A stretch of 32,000 nucleotides of DNA from Gemmata obscuriglobus (GTDB lineage Bacteria > Planctomycetota > Planctomycetia > Gemmatales > Gemmataceae), in NCBI RefSeq assembly GCF_008065095.1, contig NZ_CP042911.1:4470001-4502000 (forward strand), read 5' to 3'. Within the stretch, counting starts at the first letter, position 1. Every line of letters begins with the position of its first letter. Shown one piece after another: positions 1 to 8,467 of this stretch. The notes below the pieces were generated by a model. That model searched no databases. It was not told where the DNA came from and saw only the letters and a program-made list of their open reading frames with translations. The position numbers were made by a program, and so were the translations under genes.

Positions 1-434
1 GCCGGGTCGCCCACTACGGGCGGGAAGCCAGATCGAGTGCCCGCCGCGAGCGCCGGCACCGGCTGGCGCATCGGCCACCAGTAAAGGAGTTCATAGACAC
101 TCCACTGCGGCCCGAGCGGACCCCGCGCAACAGGGGCCTCGATCGGGTTCGTTTCGAGTTTCGGCGCGGGCTCGAATTTCGCTTCCTCAATGCGGGGCGT
201 GAGCGTCGGTAGCTCCGTGGGTACCGGCCCGACCGCAGTGAGCGGCTGTGAAACCTCCGTACCGGTCTTCAGAAACGGCTGCTCAGCGGCAGCCGGGGCC
301 GGTGGCGCCGGGGGCAGTGGTGCCGGCGGCGGCGATTGCGGTGCGAGTGGCGGGGGCACGGGGGGCGCGATCGGCTGCGCGACCGCCGCAACCGGCGCGA
401 GAGCGAAGACGATCACGGTCAGCACCGTGCGCAT
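1..434 (-). CDS. N-terminal fragment of a secreted proline-rich protein (the ORF runs off the left window edge); possibly a planctomycete BBP7-type outer-membrane barrel
   Basis: Hand translation of the minus strand from ATG 434-432 gives MRTVLTVIVFALAPVAAVAQPIAPPVPPPLAPQSPPPAPLPPAPPAPAAAEQPFLKTGTEV...GPLGPQWSVYELLYWWPMRQPVPALAAGTRSGFPPVVGDP. There is no stop before position 1, which is why it is absent from the ORF track. The N-terminus looks like a signal peptide and is followed by a Pro-rich spacer. The YELLYWW..P segment resembles the start of BBP7-type barrels; this is recalled from memory and unverified. Confidence 0.45.
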   Translation of the reverse strand, partial: MRTVLTVIVFALAPVAAVAQPIAPPVPPPLAPQSPPPAPLPPAPPAPAAAEQPFLKTGTEVSQPLTAVGPVPTELPTLTPRIEEAKFEPAPKLETNPIEAPVARGPLGPQWSVYELLYWWPMRQPVPALAAGTRSGFPPVVGDP

Positions 435-523
435 GCGCTGAACTCCGAAACGGGATGATCCGGTAGCTTCCTATGCCGATGCGGTAACGGCGTGTCTAGC
501 CGAACCGGAGACCGGAGTGTCCG

Positions 524-531
524 AACACCCA
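524..531. repeat. Target-site duplication, left copy (AACACCCA)
   Basis: An identical 8-mer directly abuts both IS ends, at 524-531 and 1784-1791. Confidence 0.75.
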
Positions 532-553
532 CCAGGGCCTTTCCTTATTTCAC
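532..553. repeat. IS left terminal inverted repeat (CCAGGGCCTTTCCTTATTTCAC)
   Basis: The reverse complement of 1762-1783 is CCAGGGCCTTTCCTTGATTCAC, identical at 20/22 positions. Confidence 0.8.
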
Positions 554-580
554 CTTGCTTACACGAGGGAACGTGGCTAT

Positions 581-1760
581 ATGGGGCGCCTTCTCGCAGC
601 CAGGAAGGTACCCATGTCTCCTTGCACCCTGGTCGATGCCCTGGCGGCGGTTCCCGATCCCCGCAGCAAGCACGGCCTTATCCACCCACTCGCCCCCTTC
701 CTCGGACTCGTCGCCCTCGCCATGCTCATGGGGCGCACCAGCCTCAATGGCATCGCTCGCTTCGGGCGACAGCACGGACCCGCCCTCGCCCATGCCCTCG
801 GCTTCCGACGCGGCAAGACCCCGGCCGTTTCCACGCTCTCCCGCACCCTGCGACGCTTCGACGCCGACCAACTGGAGCACGTCCTCTCGTACTGGATCGC
901 CAGCCGCGTCGACCCGGCCGCCTTCACACACATCTCCATCGACGGCAAGACCCTTCGAGGCTCTCGCAACGGCGCGATCCCCGGTCAGCACCTGCTGGCC
1001 GCATACGCCCCCACCGTCGGTGCCGTACTCGCCCAGGTCAAGGTCGATGCGAGCACCAACGGGCACAAGGCCGCCTTGACGCTCCTCGGCATTCTGCCGC
1101 TGCGAGGGAAGGTCGTGGTCGGCGACGCCATGTTCTGCCAGCGAGACCTGGCCGAGGAGGTGGTCGGGGCCGGCGGCGACTACGTGCTCACGGTGAAGGA
1201 CAACCAACCCGGATTGGGGATCGACATCCGAGCCGGGTTCGCCTTCGAGACCGCCGCCCGATCGATCGCGGCGGCCACTTCCCCCTGGGGATCGGCCTCC
1301 GCCCGCCCCGAGCCGCATCGCCACGACCGTCGATAAGGGTCACGGCCGCATCGAGAAGCGGACGCTGCAAACGACCTCGATTCTGACGTGCTCGCCGACG
1401 TGGGCGGGGGTGAAGCAGGGCTTCCAGTTGACGCGTGAGCGGACGGTCCGAGGCCAAACGACGGTCGAAGTGCATTTCGGCATCACGAGCCTGTCGGCCG
1501 AGAAGGCGGATGCGGCCACACTCCTGAACCATGTGCGGACGCACTGGCGCATCGAGAACGAACTGCATTACGTGCGTGACGTGACACTGGGCGAGGACGC
1601 GTGTCGTGTGCGCATGGGGCACGCACCACAGGTGCTGGCGGCGCTGCGGAACGCCGTGGTGCACCTGTGGCGTGAGGTCAAGGCGGTGAGTTGCCCGGAG
1701 GCGATCGAGCGGCTCCAGATGGACCCGGCAATGGCCAAGGGACTTATCGGAGTTACGTAG
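581..1760 (+). pseudogene. ISAs1 / H-repeat-associated-type DDE transposase interrupted by a frameshift
   Basis: The frame-2 ORF 581-1336 contains ..DPRSKHGLIHPL..ISIDGKTLRGS..GDAMFCQRDLAEEVVGAGGDYVLTVKDNQPGL. The rest of the protein lies in frame 0: hand translation from 1323 gives TTVDKGHGRIEKRTLQTT, continuing into the listed ORF 1410-1760 with THWRIENELHYVRDVTLGEDACRVR. Together the two parts make one typical ISAs1 transposase. The frame switch lies between about 1215 and 1323. Confidence 0.75.
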
Positions 1761-1761
1761 A

Positions 1762-1783
1762 GTGAATCAAGGAAAGGCCCTGG
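1762..1783. repeat. IS right terminal inverted repeat (GTGAATCAAGGAAAGGCCCTGG)
   Basis: See IRL; 20/22 complementarity. Confidence 0.8.
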
Positions 1784-1791
1784 AACACCCA
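1784..1791. repeat. Target-site duplication, right copy (AACACCCA)
   Basis: Identical to 524-531 and directly abuts IRR. Confidence 0.75.
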
Positions 1792-1814
1792 CTCATCACG
1801 ATTGGGTGTTCGGA
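1784..1814 (-). terminator. Hairpin downstream of the last operon gene; residual part of a longer palindrome split by the IS
   Basis: AACACCCA (1784-1791), loop CTCATCACGAT, TGGGTGTT (1803-1810), then CGGA. It lies about 16 nt beyond the stop codon at 1831-1833 of the minus-strand gene. There is no U-tract. Confidence 0.4.
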
Positions 1815-1830
1815 ACGGGTGTCCGGCGCT

Positions 1831-4800
1831 TCAAGTCGCCGTGCCGTTCCACCTGTTCACAACGGCCGTTAGCTCGGGCGGAGTCGCCTCATCGGGCAGT
1901 TCGGAGAAGTAGTGCTGCTCGATGCGCTGGATCGTCTTCTGGAGCTCGGCATTTTGCGAGGTGCTCAGCCCGCCCTGTGTTGCCACGCTCCGCAAGTACC
2001 CCAGAACCGTGACCGGGGTCAGACGGTTGGGGACCTGCGGTCCATGCCACCGTTGCGCCGGGCGCGGGCGGCGGAGCAGGCGCCATGCGACTACCGCCAC
2101 GACACACACGACCCCGATCAGAACGGCCAGAGCCGCGTAACGGCGGTACGTTGCGGGTGCGGAACCGAAGTTCCCGATCACGATTTCTTCGCTGGCGGGA
2201 ACGATGTCGGCGTCCCGGTACCGTTGGAGCTTCACGACAGTCTCCGACCCGGCGGCGACCGGGAATCGGAAGTTCGGGTCGGTCCGGTCGGGCTTGGCTT
2301 TGAGGGTCAGCAGCCAGGTGCGCTCCGAGCGCACCGCCGGTTGCGGGGCCTCGGGGTCGAATTTCACCACCGACAGGGCGTGTGCGTCCGTCTTGACCGT
2401 CTCGAAGCCGTCAGGGATCGCGGTTAGGAGCTGGGCGAGTTCCGGCACCAGCCCACGTGCGGTCGCCTTGATCTCAAACTTGAGTGTGCCTTCTGAGGCG
2501 TGCCGCTCGTCCACTGTCTGGGTCACCTCCACTCCGGTCGCGGGCCGGCGCTCGCGGCGCGACGCATCGAGTGAGACCGCCGCCGACTCGATACCGAGAA
2601 CCACGAACCCCGCGCCGTCCATGAAGTCGAGGTCGAGCTGGAGCGGCGGCAACCGGTCCACCTGCGGGCCGCGCGCCTTGAGGAGGACGTACGCGTACGG
2701 GGTGATGCGCCAGCCCTCTTCGGGAGTCGGACGCGACACCACCTTGTCCGACTCGAACGTGCAGGAGACCACCTCGAAGTGCTCGCCGAGCGCGGCGCTC
2801 ATCGTGTTCTCGAACCGGTCCCGGTAGTTCGTTGCGGGGCGCCCGTAGTTGTACGCCATCGGGTTCCCGACCTGGTTCTGGAGGAACCGGCCGAACCCGC
2901 CCGAGCCCTGTTCGATCTCCCGCGTGTGGCGGAGCAGCACGAACGCGCCGAACGGCTCCATCGAGCCCACGCCCGGTGGGCCGTCAAGGACGACTTCGAG
3001 TTTCACCTCTTTCGACAGGTCCTTGTAATAGTTGAGGAGCTTCTTCGCCGGGCCGAGCCGGGGGTGGTTGTCGACCACCTCGGCGCCCATCTTGAGGAAC
3101 CGCGGCTTCATGGCCGGCTTGACGGTCGCGAGTTTGGGGTACAGCGCGGCCGCGAACTCGGCGACGTGCCGCTCCCCCGCCTCACCCGGTAGCGACTGCA
3201 TGGCGGCCCGAATCTTGGCCGGCTGGCGCGGGTCCGGGAGTTTGGCCTCGGTCAGCCCTTGCAGGTCGCTGGCGCCCAGTGCGGCGGAGAACCATTGCTC
3301 GTACACGGTCAGGTTCGGCGAGCTGTCCCGCTCATCCACCTGCGCGGCGTACAGTCCGGCGATCCGTGCGAACTCCGCCATGATCTCGGTTCGGCGGCTC
3401 GTAAAGTCGGGCTTCGGCTGGATATCGTGCTGGAAGTCCAATTCGTCGAACATCACGACCGCGCGGGTCAGAGCGAGGCGCCAGTTGGTGGCCTGCTTGA
3501 CCAGCGCGTCGTCGAGCAGGGACCGCGTCATGGCGTACCCGGCGAGTACGTCGCCCTGAAGATCCTCGGGCTTGCGGGTCGACTTCGCCTGTCCCGGCTG
3601 CCCTTGCTGCGTGAGCTGCATGCGGAGCGCGGTGACGCTCATTCGCATCTGTTCCGTCAACCGGGCGAGTGAGTCGGGCTTCAGATTCTGGGGCGGGCCG
3701 AACACGCCCTGCAGCGCCTGGCGGGTGTAAATGGCGTTCGCAGTGTAGCAACTCATGAACGCCTGGATCAGCAGTGACTCGTCCGGCGGGGTGCCCGGGA
3801 GCTTCTTGATGCGGGCGACCAGTTGGGTGAGCTCGTCGAGGTTACGTTCCTGGAGCGAGCGGGTGACCGGCACCAGTGGCTGGCCGCGCGAGATCATCTG
3901 GCCGTTGGGGCCGTAGACGATCGGCTGCTGCGCGAAGGCGGGGTTCGGGTTCGGGTTGTGGTTCTTGGCCCAGGTGCGCAGGAACTCGGCGAGCAGGTCC
4001 CCGGTGGAAGCGTGCCTGGCAGCAGCCAGAATCTCGATGTTGGTGAATGCCGCAGCCTCCTCACCCTCGACCAGGTAGGTCCGGACGAGACTTTCAAGTG
4101 TCCGTGCCCGGAACTCCTGATCCGCGAGGGACTCGACGAATCGCTCGTTCGGGGCAGAGTCGATCAGGTCGTAGATGGAAACCGAGTGATCGGTGCGGGC
4201 CGGCGGGCGGGTGGGCTGCACCGGGCGGCCAGGTTGGAACGGGGGCGGGGGAGGCGGTACCGCCCGTCGGGCCGCTTCCGCCTCCTCCATCCATTTCGTT
4301 GCGAAACGCACGATGAGCTTCTGCGGGGGATTTGCAGATTTAGTCGCCAGGTGTGCGTTGATGGCCGCCGACTGGAGTTTCAGGAGCTTTCCGCGCCGGT
4401 CCGGGTTGGATGCCAGCGCCGATTCCGCCCGGGTCAGGTGTTCGCCGAGGGCCTCGACGACCGCCCAGCCGCGGTCCGGGTTGGCGGCCATCAGCGAAAC
4501 GAGCCAGGGTTTGACGATGTCGATCCGGAGCCGCGGGATGAGGTCCGTCGCGAGCCGCAGCGCGTCGGTGGTGCTGCCGGTGTCGGATGCTTCCAGCACT
4601 GCTGCAACGGGCTTCCACGCCGCTTCCAAATGCGCGGCCTGACCGTCCTTCGCGTTCCGGGCCAGCAACTCGCGGGCGGCCGCGAGTTGTTTCGCGTGTA
4701 AGTCCCCCGGTGTCCCGGGAGCAGTACCCTTGGCACGCGGCGTCGGGGCCACCGGCAGATCCGCGCCGCCCGCAACCAGATCGGGCGTCACCCATGCGGC

Positions 4801-4842
4801 GAGAATTGCCGCGCATAGCACACTCGTAGCTCGCAACTTCAT
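1831..4842 (-). CDS. Large (1003-aa) signal-peptide protein with a C-terminal TM anchor; last gene of the MoxR/Bat-like operon (BatD position)
   Basis: The ORF track gives 1831-5037. I place the start at ATG 4842 (MKLRATSVLCAAILAAWVTPDLVAGG, signal-peptide-like) with GAGGAG 5 nt upstream. The longer N-terminus (MKARAKVRVRAKAKVKV..) is the microsatellite read in another frame. A C-terminal TM segment (YAALAVLIGVVCVVAVVAWRLL) is followed by a ~90-aa tail. The BatD assignment rests on operon position and topology only. Confidence 0.8.
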   Translation of the reverse strand: MKLRATSVLCAAILAAWVTPDLVAGGADLPVAPTPRAKGTAPGTPGDLHAKQLAAARELLARNAKDGQAAHLEAAWKPVAAVLEASDTGSTTDALRLATDLIPRLRIDIVKPWLVSLMAANPDRGWAVVEALGEHLTRAESALASNPDRRGKLLKLQSAAINAHLATKSANPPQKLIVRFATKWMEEAEAARRAVPPPPPPFQPGRPVQPTRPPARTDHSVSIYDLIDSAPNERFVESLADQEFRARTLESLVRTYLVEGEEAAAFTNIEILAAARHASTGDLLAEFLRTWAKNHNPNPNPAFAQQPIVYGPNGQMISRGQPLVPVTRSLQERNLDELTQLVARIKKLPGTPPDESLLIQAFMSCYTANAIYTRQALQGVFGPPQNLKPDSLARLTEQMRMSVTALRMQLTQQGQPGQAKSTRKPEDLQGDVLAGYAMTRSLLDDALVKQATNWRLALTRAVVMFDELDFQHDIQPKPDFTSRRTEIMAEFARIAGLYAAQVDERDSSPNLTVYEQWFSAALGASDLQGLTEAKLPDPRQPAKIRAAMQSLPGEAGERHVAEFAAALYPKLATVKPAMKPRFLKMGAEVVDNHPRLGPAKKLLNYYKDLSKEVKLEVVLDGPPGVGSMEPFGAFVLLRHTREIEQGSGGFGRFLQNQVGNPMAYNYGRPATNYRDRFENTMSAALGEHFEVVSCTFESDKVVSRPTPEEGWRITPYAYVLLKARGPQVDRLPPLQLDLDFMDGAGFVVLGIESAAVSLDASRRERRPATGVEVTQTVDERHASEGTLKFEIKATARGLVPELAQLLTAIPDGFETVKTDAHALSVVKFDPEAPQPAVRSERTWLLTLKAKPDRTDPNFRFPVAAGSETVVKLQRYRDADIVPASEEIVIGNFGSAPATYRRYAALAVLIGVVCVVAVVAWRLLRRPRPAQRWHGPQVPNRLTPVTVLGYLRSVATQGGLSTSQNAELQKTIQRIEQHYFSELPDEATPPELTAVVNRWNGTAT

Positions 4843-4897
4843 CCGTTCTCCTCGCCCGGTGTTGGAAAGTTTGATTCGTCGGGATGGGGCGGTCGGG

Positions 4898-5659
4898 TCA
4901 ATGGCCGCCGGTGTCGGGGGGCGGACCGGCGCTGGCACCTCGGGCGTCCTTCGCGAGCTTCTTTCCCTCTCCCTCGCCTTCTCCCTCACCTTCACCTTTG
5001 CCTTTGCCCTTACCCTTACCTTTGCCCTTGCCTTCACCCTCCCCCTCGCCGGAGCCGCTCCCCTGAAGCTCTTCCGGTAGGTTGAGGGCTTGCAGGTCGT
5101 TCAGGTCCATTCGTGCCAGGCGGACCGTCGCTTCGAGGTCCTCGCGGAGGCGCTGGGCCGTGGTAGCGTCGCCCCGAGCCACCGCCTGCGCTGCGGTAAC
5201 GCGGAACCACTGCCGCGCTTCTTCCACCTCCGGCTCCCACTCCGTAGTCGGGCGCCCTTCGAGCCGCATGAGCCAGGCGGTGTGGTACCGGCCGTAGGCG
5301 AGTGCGGCCTGCGCGGCCGACAGGGCTTCCGGGTCGCGCCCCGGTTCGCGCTCCAGCTCCGTTACGAGTTCGGCCAGTTCTTCTCGTCCGCGGGCGAGCG
5401 TTTGTCCCCGGAGCTTGGCCGCCGCCCGAGCTACGCGCACCCGGCGGAGTTCGTCCACGCGGTCTTCCGGCAGTAGAGCGATGGCTGCGTCATAGGCCGC
5501 GATGGCCGTTTCCCAGTCGCCCGCCGCCGCGGCGCGCCGGGCGGTCCGGAGTTCGGACGCGGCGTCATCGGCCCGCAGCCGCTTCTGTCCCGGTCCGAAG
5601 TGCCAGGTTACAATCGCCGCGAGCACCAAGAACCAGGCGCAGATGAACCATTTGCGCAT
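4898..5659 (-). CDS. N-terminally anchored TPR-like protein (BatC position) with a (GE)n(GK)n(GE)n low-complexity tail
   Basis: N-terminal TM segment MRKWFICAWFLVLAAIVTWHF. Ala-rich helical repeats (AAAAGDWETAIAAYDAAIALLPED). GGGAGG lies 5 nt upstream of ATG 5659. GC3-rich frame. Confidence 0.8.
   Translation of the reverse strand: MRKWFICAWFLVLAAIVTWHFGPGQKRLRADDAASELRTARRAAAAGDWETAIAAYDAAIALLPEDRVDELRRVRVARAAAKLRGQTLARGREELAELVTELEREPGRDPEALSAAQAALAYGRYHTAWLMRLEGRPTTEWEPEVEEARQWFRVTAAQAVARGDATTAQRLREDLEATVRLARMDLNDLQALNLPEELQGSGSGEGEGEGKGKGKGKGKGKGEGEGEGEGEGKKLAKDARGASAGPPPDTGGH
4964..5062. repeat. Dipeptide-coding microsatellite-like tract (GSGSG-(EG)3-(KG)6-(EG)5)
   Basis: The plus strand reads ..ccctctccctcgccttctccctcaccttcacctttgcctttgcccttacccttacctttgcccttgccttcaccctccccctcgcc.., an imperfect 6-nt periodic tract. 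Confidence 0.85.
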
Positions 5660-5694
5660 GAATACCTCCCACGGTTTGATTCGGTACAGAGCGG

Positions 5695-6717
5695 TCAGCG
5701 GGCGGCCGGCTCTCGCTGAGGCCGGGCGACCGCCATCCGCCGGCGCACCTTCACCCCGGGCCGCCAGTGCGTTCCAGCGATGTGAAGCAGGATCGGCAGC
5801 AGTGCGAGTGTCAACGCTCCGATCGCGACCGCCGCGAGCGCGGCCTCACGCCGGTTCGGGCCGTCCGTTTCCGATCGCCCCTTGTCGTCGGATCGCATCG
5901 ACTGTTGCAGGAGTTCCGTGGACACGTGCTGAACGTTCCCGTCGTGGTACTCGCCGCCGAGCCGGGTCGCGAGCTGACGCAGCGACGACACGTCCTGGCG
6001 CGAGTTGTGTCCGTCGATGAATTTCCCGTTTGCGGTGTCGCCGACCCCGACCACCAGCACCCGCGAGACCGATGGCGGCAGCGGCGGCATCCCGGTCGCC
6101 GCGATGGTGTCGCCGTCGCTTACGACGACGAGGGTCGCGGTGTCGGCGCGCCACGGCGTGGCCATCCGGGCCGCTTCTTCAATGCCGGAGAGCAGGTCCG
6201 TCGGCCCGGCCCGGAACGCAAAGTGCATTGGCAGGTCCGTTAAAATGTTCCGCACCACCTCCGGGTCGGTCGTGCGCTCGACGACCGGTCGCGCGCCGGT
6301 GTAGCAGGCGACGACGCTGGTCCGGAACCGGGACGACTGGATGCGGGAATAAAATGACTTCATCAGCTCCGCGGCTCGCGCGCTGCGGCTCACCGAGCCC
6401 CCGGGGCCGGCGTCCTGGAGCCGCATGCTCGGGGAGACGTCGAGCACCAGAATGATGTCACGGGCCTCGGTCTTGGGAACTTGCTCGGTCCGGTCGTGGA
6501 CCTTCGGCGGGAGCAACAACAGGGTCGTCAGCCCCCATACGAACACGGCCGCACTCACCGCCCGGATAACGGGGGTGACCCGGGTCCACAGCGCGGGGCG
6601 GCCGGTCGGGCCGAAGGCGAGGACGCCTACCCGGCGCACTCGCCGGGCGTGGATCAGTTCTGCGATCAGTGCCAGCACGAGCAACGCACTAGCGACGGCT
6701 TCCGCTTCGGCTACCAC
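5695..6717 (-). CDS. VWA-domain membrane protein, BatB-like
   Basis: Two N-terminal TM segments. MIDAS motif DVSPSM in DIILVLDVSPSMRLQD. C-terminal TM segment. The start overlaps the upstream stop (6711-6717). Confidence 0.85.
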   Translation of the reverse strand: MVAEAEAVASALLVLALIAELIHARRVRRVGVLAFGPTGRPALWTRVTPVIRAVSAAVFVWGLTTLLLLPPKVHDRTEQVPKTEARDIILVLDVSPSMRLQDAGPGGSVSRSARAAELMKSFYSRIQSSRFRTSVVACYTGARPVVERTTDPEVVRNILTDLPMHFAFRAGPTDLLSGIEEAARMATPWRADTATLVVVSDGDTIAATGMPPLPPSVSRVLVVGVGDTANGKFIDGHNSRQDVSSLRQLATRLGGEYHDGNVQHVSTELLQQSMRSDDKGRSETDGPNRREAALAAVAIGALTLALLPILLHIAGTHWRPGVKVRRRMAVARPQREPAAR

Positions 6718-7646
6718 GGCGTGTACCTCAGTCCGAAGGACGCGAAACCGGCCAGCCCGGTCAGTACGAGGCCGGCGATGCAGAACGGGCGGAAGTCGTC
6801 GAGCGTGCTGGCGATCTGCTTGTCCGTTTCGGCCCGGCGCATCTCATCGATCCGCTTGAAGACGGTTGCCAGCGCGTTCGGGTCGCCGGCTTCGAACGAT
6901 TCCCCGCCAGTTCGGGCGGTGACCGTTTGAACCGACCCGTTGCGAATAATCGGGTTTTGGAACTGTCGGTCGTTGCCGATGACGACAGCGAAGACCGTGA
7001 TCCCCTCCGCCTTCAGCTCCTCGGCGACCTCGGCGTCGGCCCCGTTCGCAAAGTCCTGGCTGTCCCCGTCGGTGATCAGGACGATCATCCGGTCTCCTTC
7101 GGGGCGCTTGATCAGCTCGGCCTTGCACGCCCGCAGCGCCTTGGCGATCAGCGTCCCGCCGAACCACGGCGGGAGCTGGCCGGGGCGCATGAACGGGGTG
7201 GCGCAGTTGATCGCGGACACGTCCGTGGTGAGCGGGCACCAGTGAAGCACTTCGTTCCCGAAGAACGTCAGTCCGAACGCGTCCCCCTGGCGGTAGCTGG
7301 TGAACGCGGTCACGGCCTCCATCGCGCCGTCGTACCGGGTGGCCCGGCCGAACGGGTTGTTCATGCTACCGGACACATCGACACAGATCTCGATGTTGGT
7401 CAGCTTCCGCTTGTCGATCGGCTCGCCGAGCCGCCGGGGGCCGGCACACAGGAGTACGGCCACGGCCAGCGCCAGCGGGAGTAGCGATTCCGCGCACGAC
7501 ACCGCCACCCACCAGCCGGTCCCGCGGCCGGGCGGCCCGTGGTCAACCGGCAGCGCCACGCGCCGCCCCTCGCGCAGCCAGACCCACGCGAGCAGCAGTA
7601 CCGGGACCGCCAACAGAAATAAGGCGTATGGGTACTCAAAAGTCAC
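6711..7646 (-). CDS. VWA-domain membrane protein, BatA-like
   Basis: The ORF track gives 6711-8030, but its first ~128 aa overlap the upstream gene. I use GTG 7646 (VTFEYPYALFLLAVPVLLLAW, a BatA_N-like start), with GGAGGG 6 nt upstream and a GTGA overlap with the stop of the preceding gene. MIDAS motif DVSGSM. Confidence 0.8.
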   Translation of the reverse strand: MTFEYPYALFLLAVPVLLLAWVWLREGRRVALPVDHGPPGRGTGWWVAVSCAESLLPLALAVAVLLCAGPRRLGEPIDKRKLTNIEICVDVSGSMNNPFGRATRYDGAMEAVTAFTSYRQGDAFGLTFFGNEVLHWCPLTTDVSAINCATPFMRPGQLPPWFGGTLIAKALRACKAELIKRPEGDRMIVLITDGDSQDFANGADAEVAEELKAEGITVFAVVIGNDRQFQNPIIRNGSVQTVTARTGGESFEAGDPNALATVFKRIDEMRRAETDKQIASTLDDFRPFCIAGLVLTGLAGFASFGLRYTPW

Positions 7647-8467
7647 AACTGGCCCTCCTGCTCGGGGGCACTCAACAGCGGCCGGAACACGGTCAGCAGC
7701 TCCGAAACGTTGACGGGTGCGTCGGACGGAGGGGCGTGGAGCCACGCTTCCAGCCGGGTGACCATCGGCCCGGCCTCGGGGTGACCGCGCAGGGTGGCGC
7801 AAAGCACCGCCGGGTCCTGCGTGCGCAGTCCCAAGCGCCGGACCCAGTAGACGAGTACGGTCCGTTCGAGTTCGGCGTGGTCGGCCGGGTTTGCGGTCCC
7901 CCTTGCTGCGGAAGTCAGGAGGGTTCTGAGCCGGTCCTCGATGGTCGCTTCCGTGTCTGGAGCCGGTTGCGCGAGCACCTGCGGCCCGCGCCGCCGGACG
8001 GTCACGAGTCCGATCAACCCCACCAGCCACAGCGCTCCTACGGTCCCAAGCGCGAGTCGGTAGCCGCCGAGGCGCGGCTCCGGGCTGTCGCCCACGCCGT
8101 TCAGCCGGATGTCGCCCGGGGGGCGCAGGCCCCGGATCTCGACCGGGACCGGCGGAACGGTTTGCGGCAGGGGGGCGCCGTCCGCCCGCCGGAGGGCGGT
8201 CCGGAGGTCGAACCGACCGGCCTCAAAGCCGGTGTAGACGAGCGCGTAGCGGAAGCCGTCGCGCTCGGGTGTCGCGCGGTCGATCCGGACGATCACCGGC
8301 GTTCGGCGGTCGTCCACCTTGGCGGCGAACAGCTCCGCACCTGGAAGCCACACGTCGAGCGCTTGCGGCAGCCCCACCGTGGGCGTATCGGAGGCGTGGG
8401 CTGTACCAGTTGCGAGCCAGCAGAGTGCCAGTGCCACGGTTGCAGTAGCGGTGTGTCGTGTGGTCAT
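7643..8467 (-). CDS. Signal-peptide / single-TM membrane protein of the MoxR operon (DUF4381-like position)
   Basis: MTTRHTATATVALALCWLATGTAHA signal sequence. Central TM segment ALGTVGALWLVGLIGLVTV. ATGA overlap with the DUF58 stop (8464-8467). Function unknown. Confidence 0.7.
   Translation of the reverse strand: MTTRHTATATVALALCWLATGTAHASDTPTVGLPQALDVWLPGAELFAAKVDDRRTPVIVRIDRATPERDGFRYALVYTGFEAGRFDLRTALRRADGAPLPQTVPPVPVEIRGLRPPGDIRLNGVGDSPEPRLGGYRLALGTVGALWLVGLIGLVTVRRRGPQVLAQPAPDTEATIEDRLRTLLTSAARGTANPADHAELERTVLVYWVRRLGLRTQDPAVLCATLRGHPEAGPMVTRLEAWLHAPPSDAPVNVSELLTVFRPLLSAPEQEGQL

Larger units (their letters stand above)
532..1783 (+). mobile_element. ISAs1-family insertion sequence, 1252 bp
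   Basis: The terminal inverted repeats are 22 bp and match at 20/22 positions. They are flanked by an 8-bp direct repeat. The transposase frame ends (TAG 1758-1760) 1 nt before IRR. Size and transposase motifs fit the ISAs1 family. Confidence 0.8.

Noticed and set aside
190-466. Plus-strand ORFs 190-441 and 248-466 (Gly/Ala-rich)
   Set aside because: They are antisense to the better-supported minus-strand ORF, which has a signal peptide starting at 434. The translations are low-complexity.
4843-5037. N-terminal extension MKARAKVRVRAKAKVKVREKARERER.. of the 1068-aa ORF
   Set aside because: It is the (GE)n(GK)n microsatellite of the upstream gene read in another frame, and it overlaps that gene. 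A signal peptide with a good SD starts at ATG 4842.
4964-5062. Periodic repeat tract considered as a CRISPR or other non-coding tandem array
   Set aside because: The period is only 6 nt, there are no spacers, and the tract lies inside an open, GC3-consistent reading frame. It is a coding low-complexity repeat.
7647-8030. N-terminal 128 aa of the 439-aa ORF 6711-8030
   Set aside because: It overlaps the upstream operon gene (7643-8467) in another frame and is Arg/Pro/Gly-rich. A GTG with GGAGGG SD at 7646 gives a BatA-like N-terminus and a GTGA coupling overlap.
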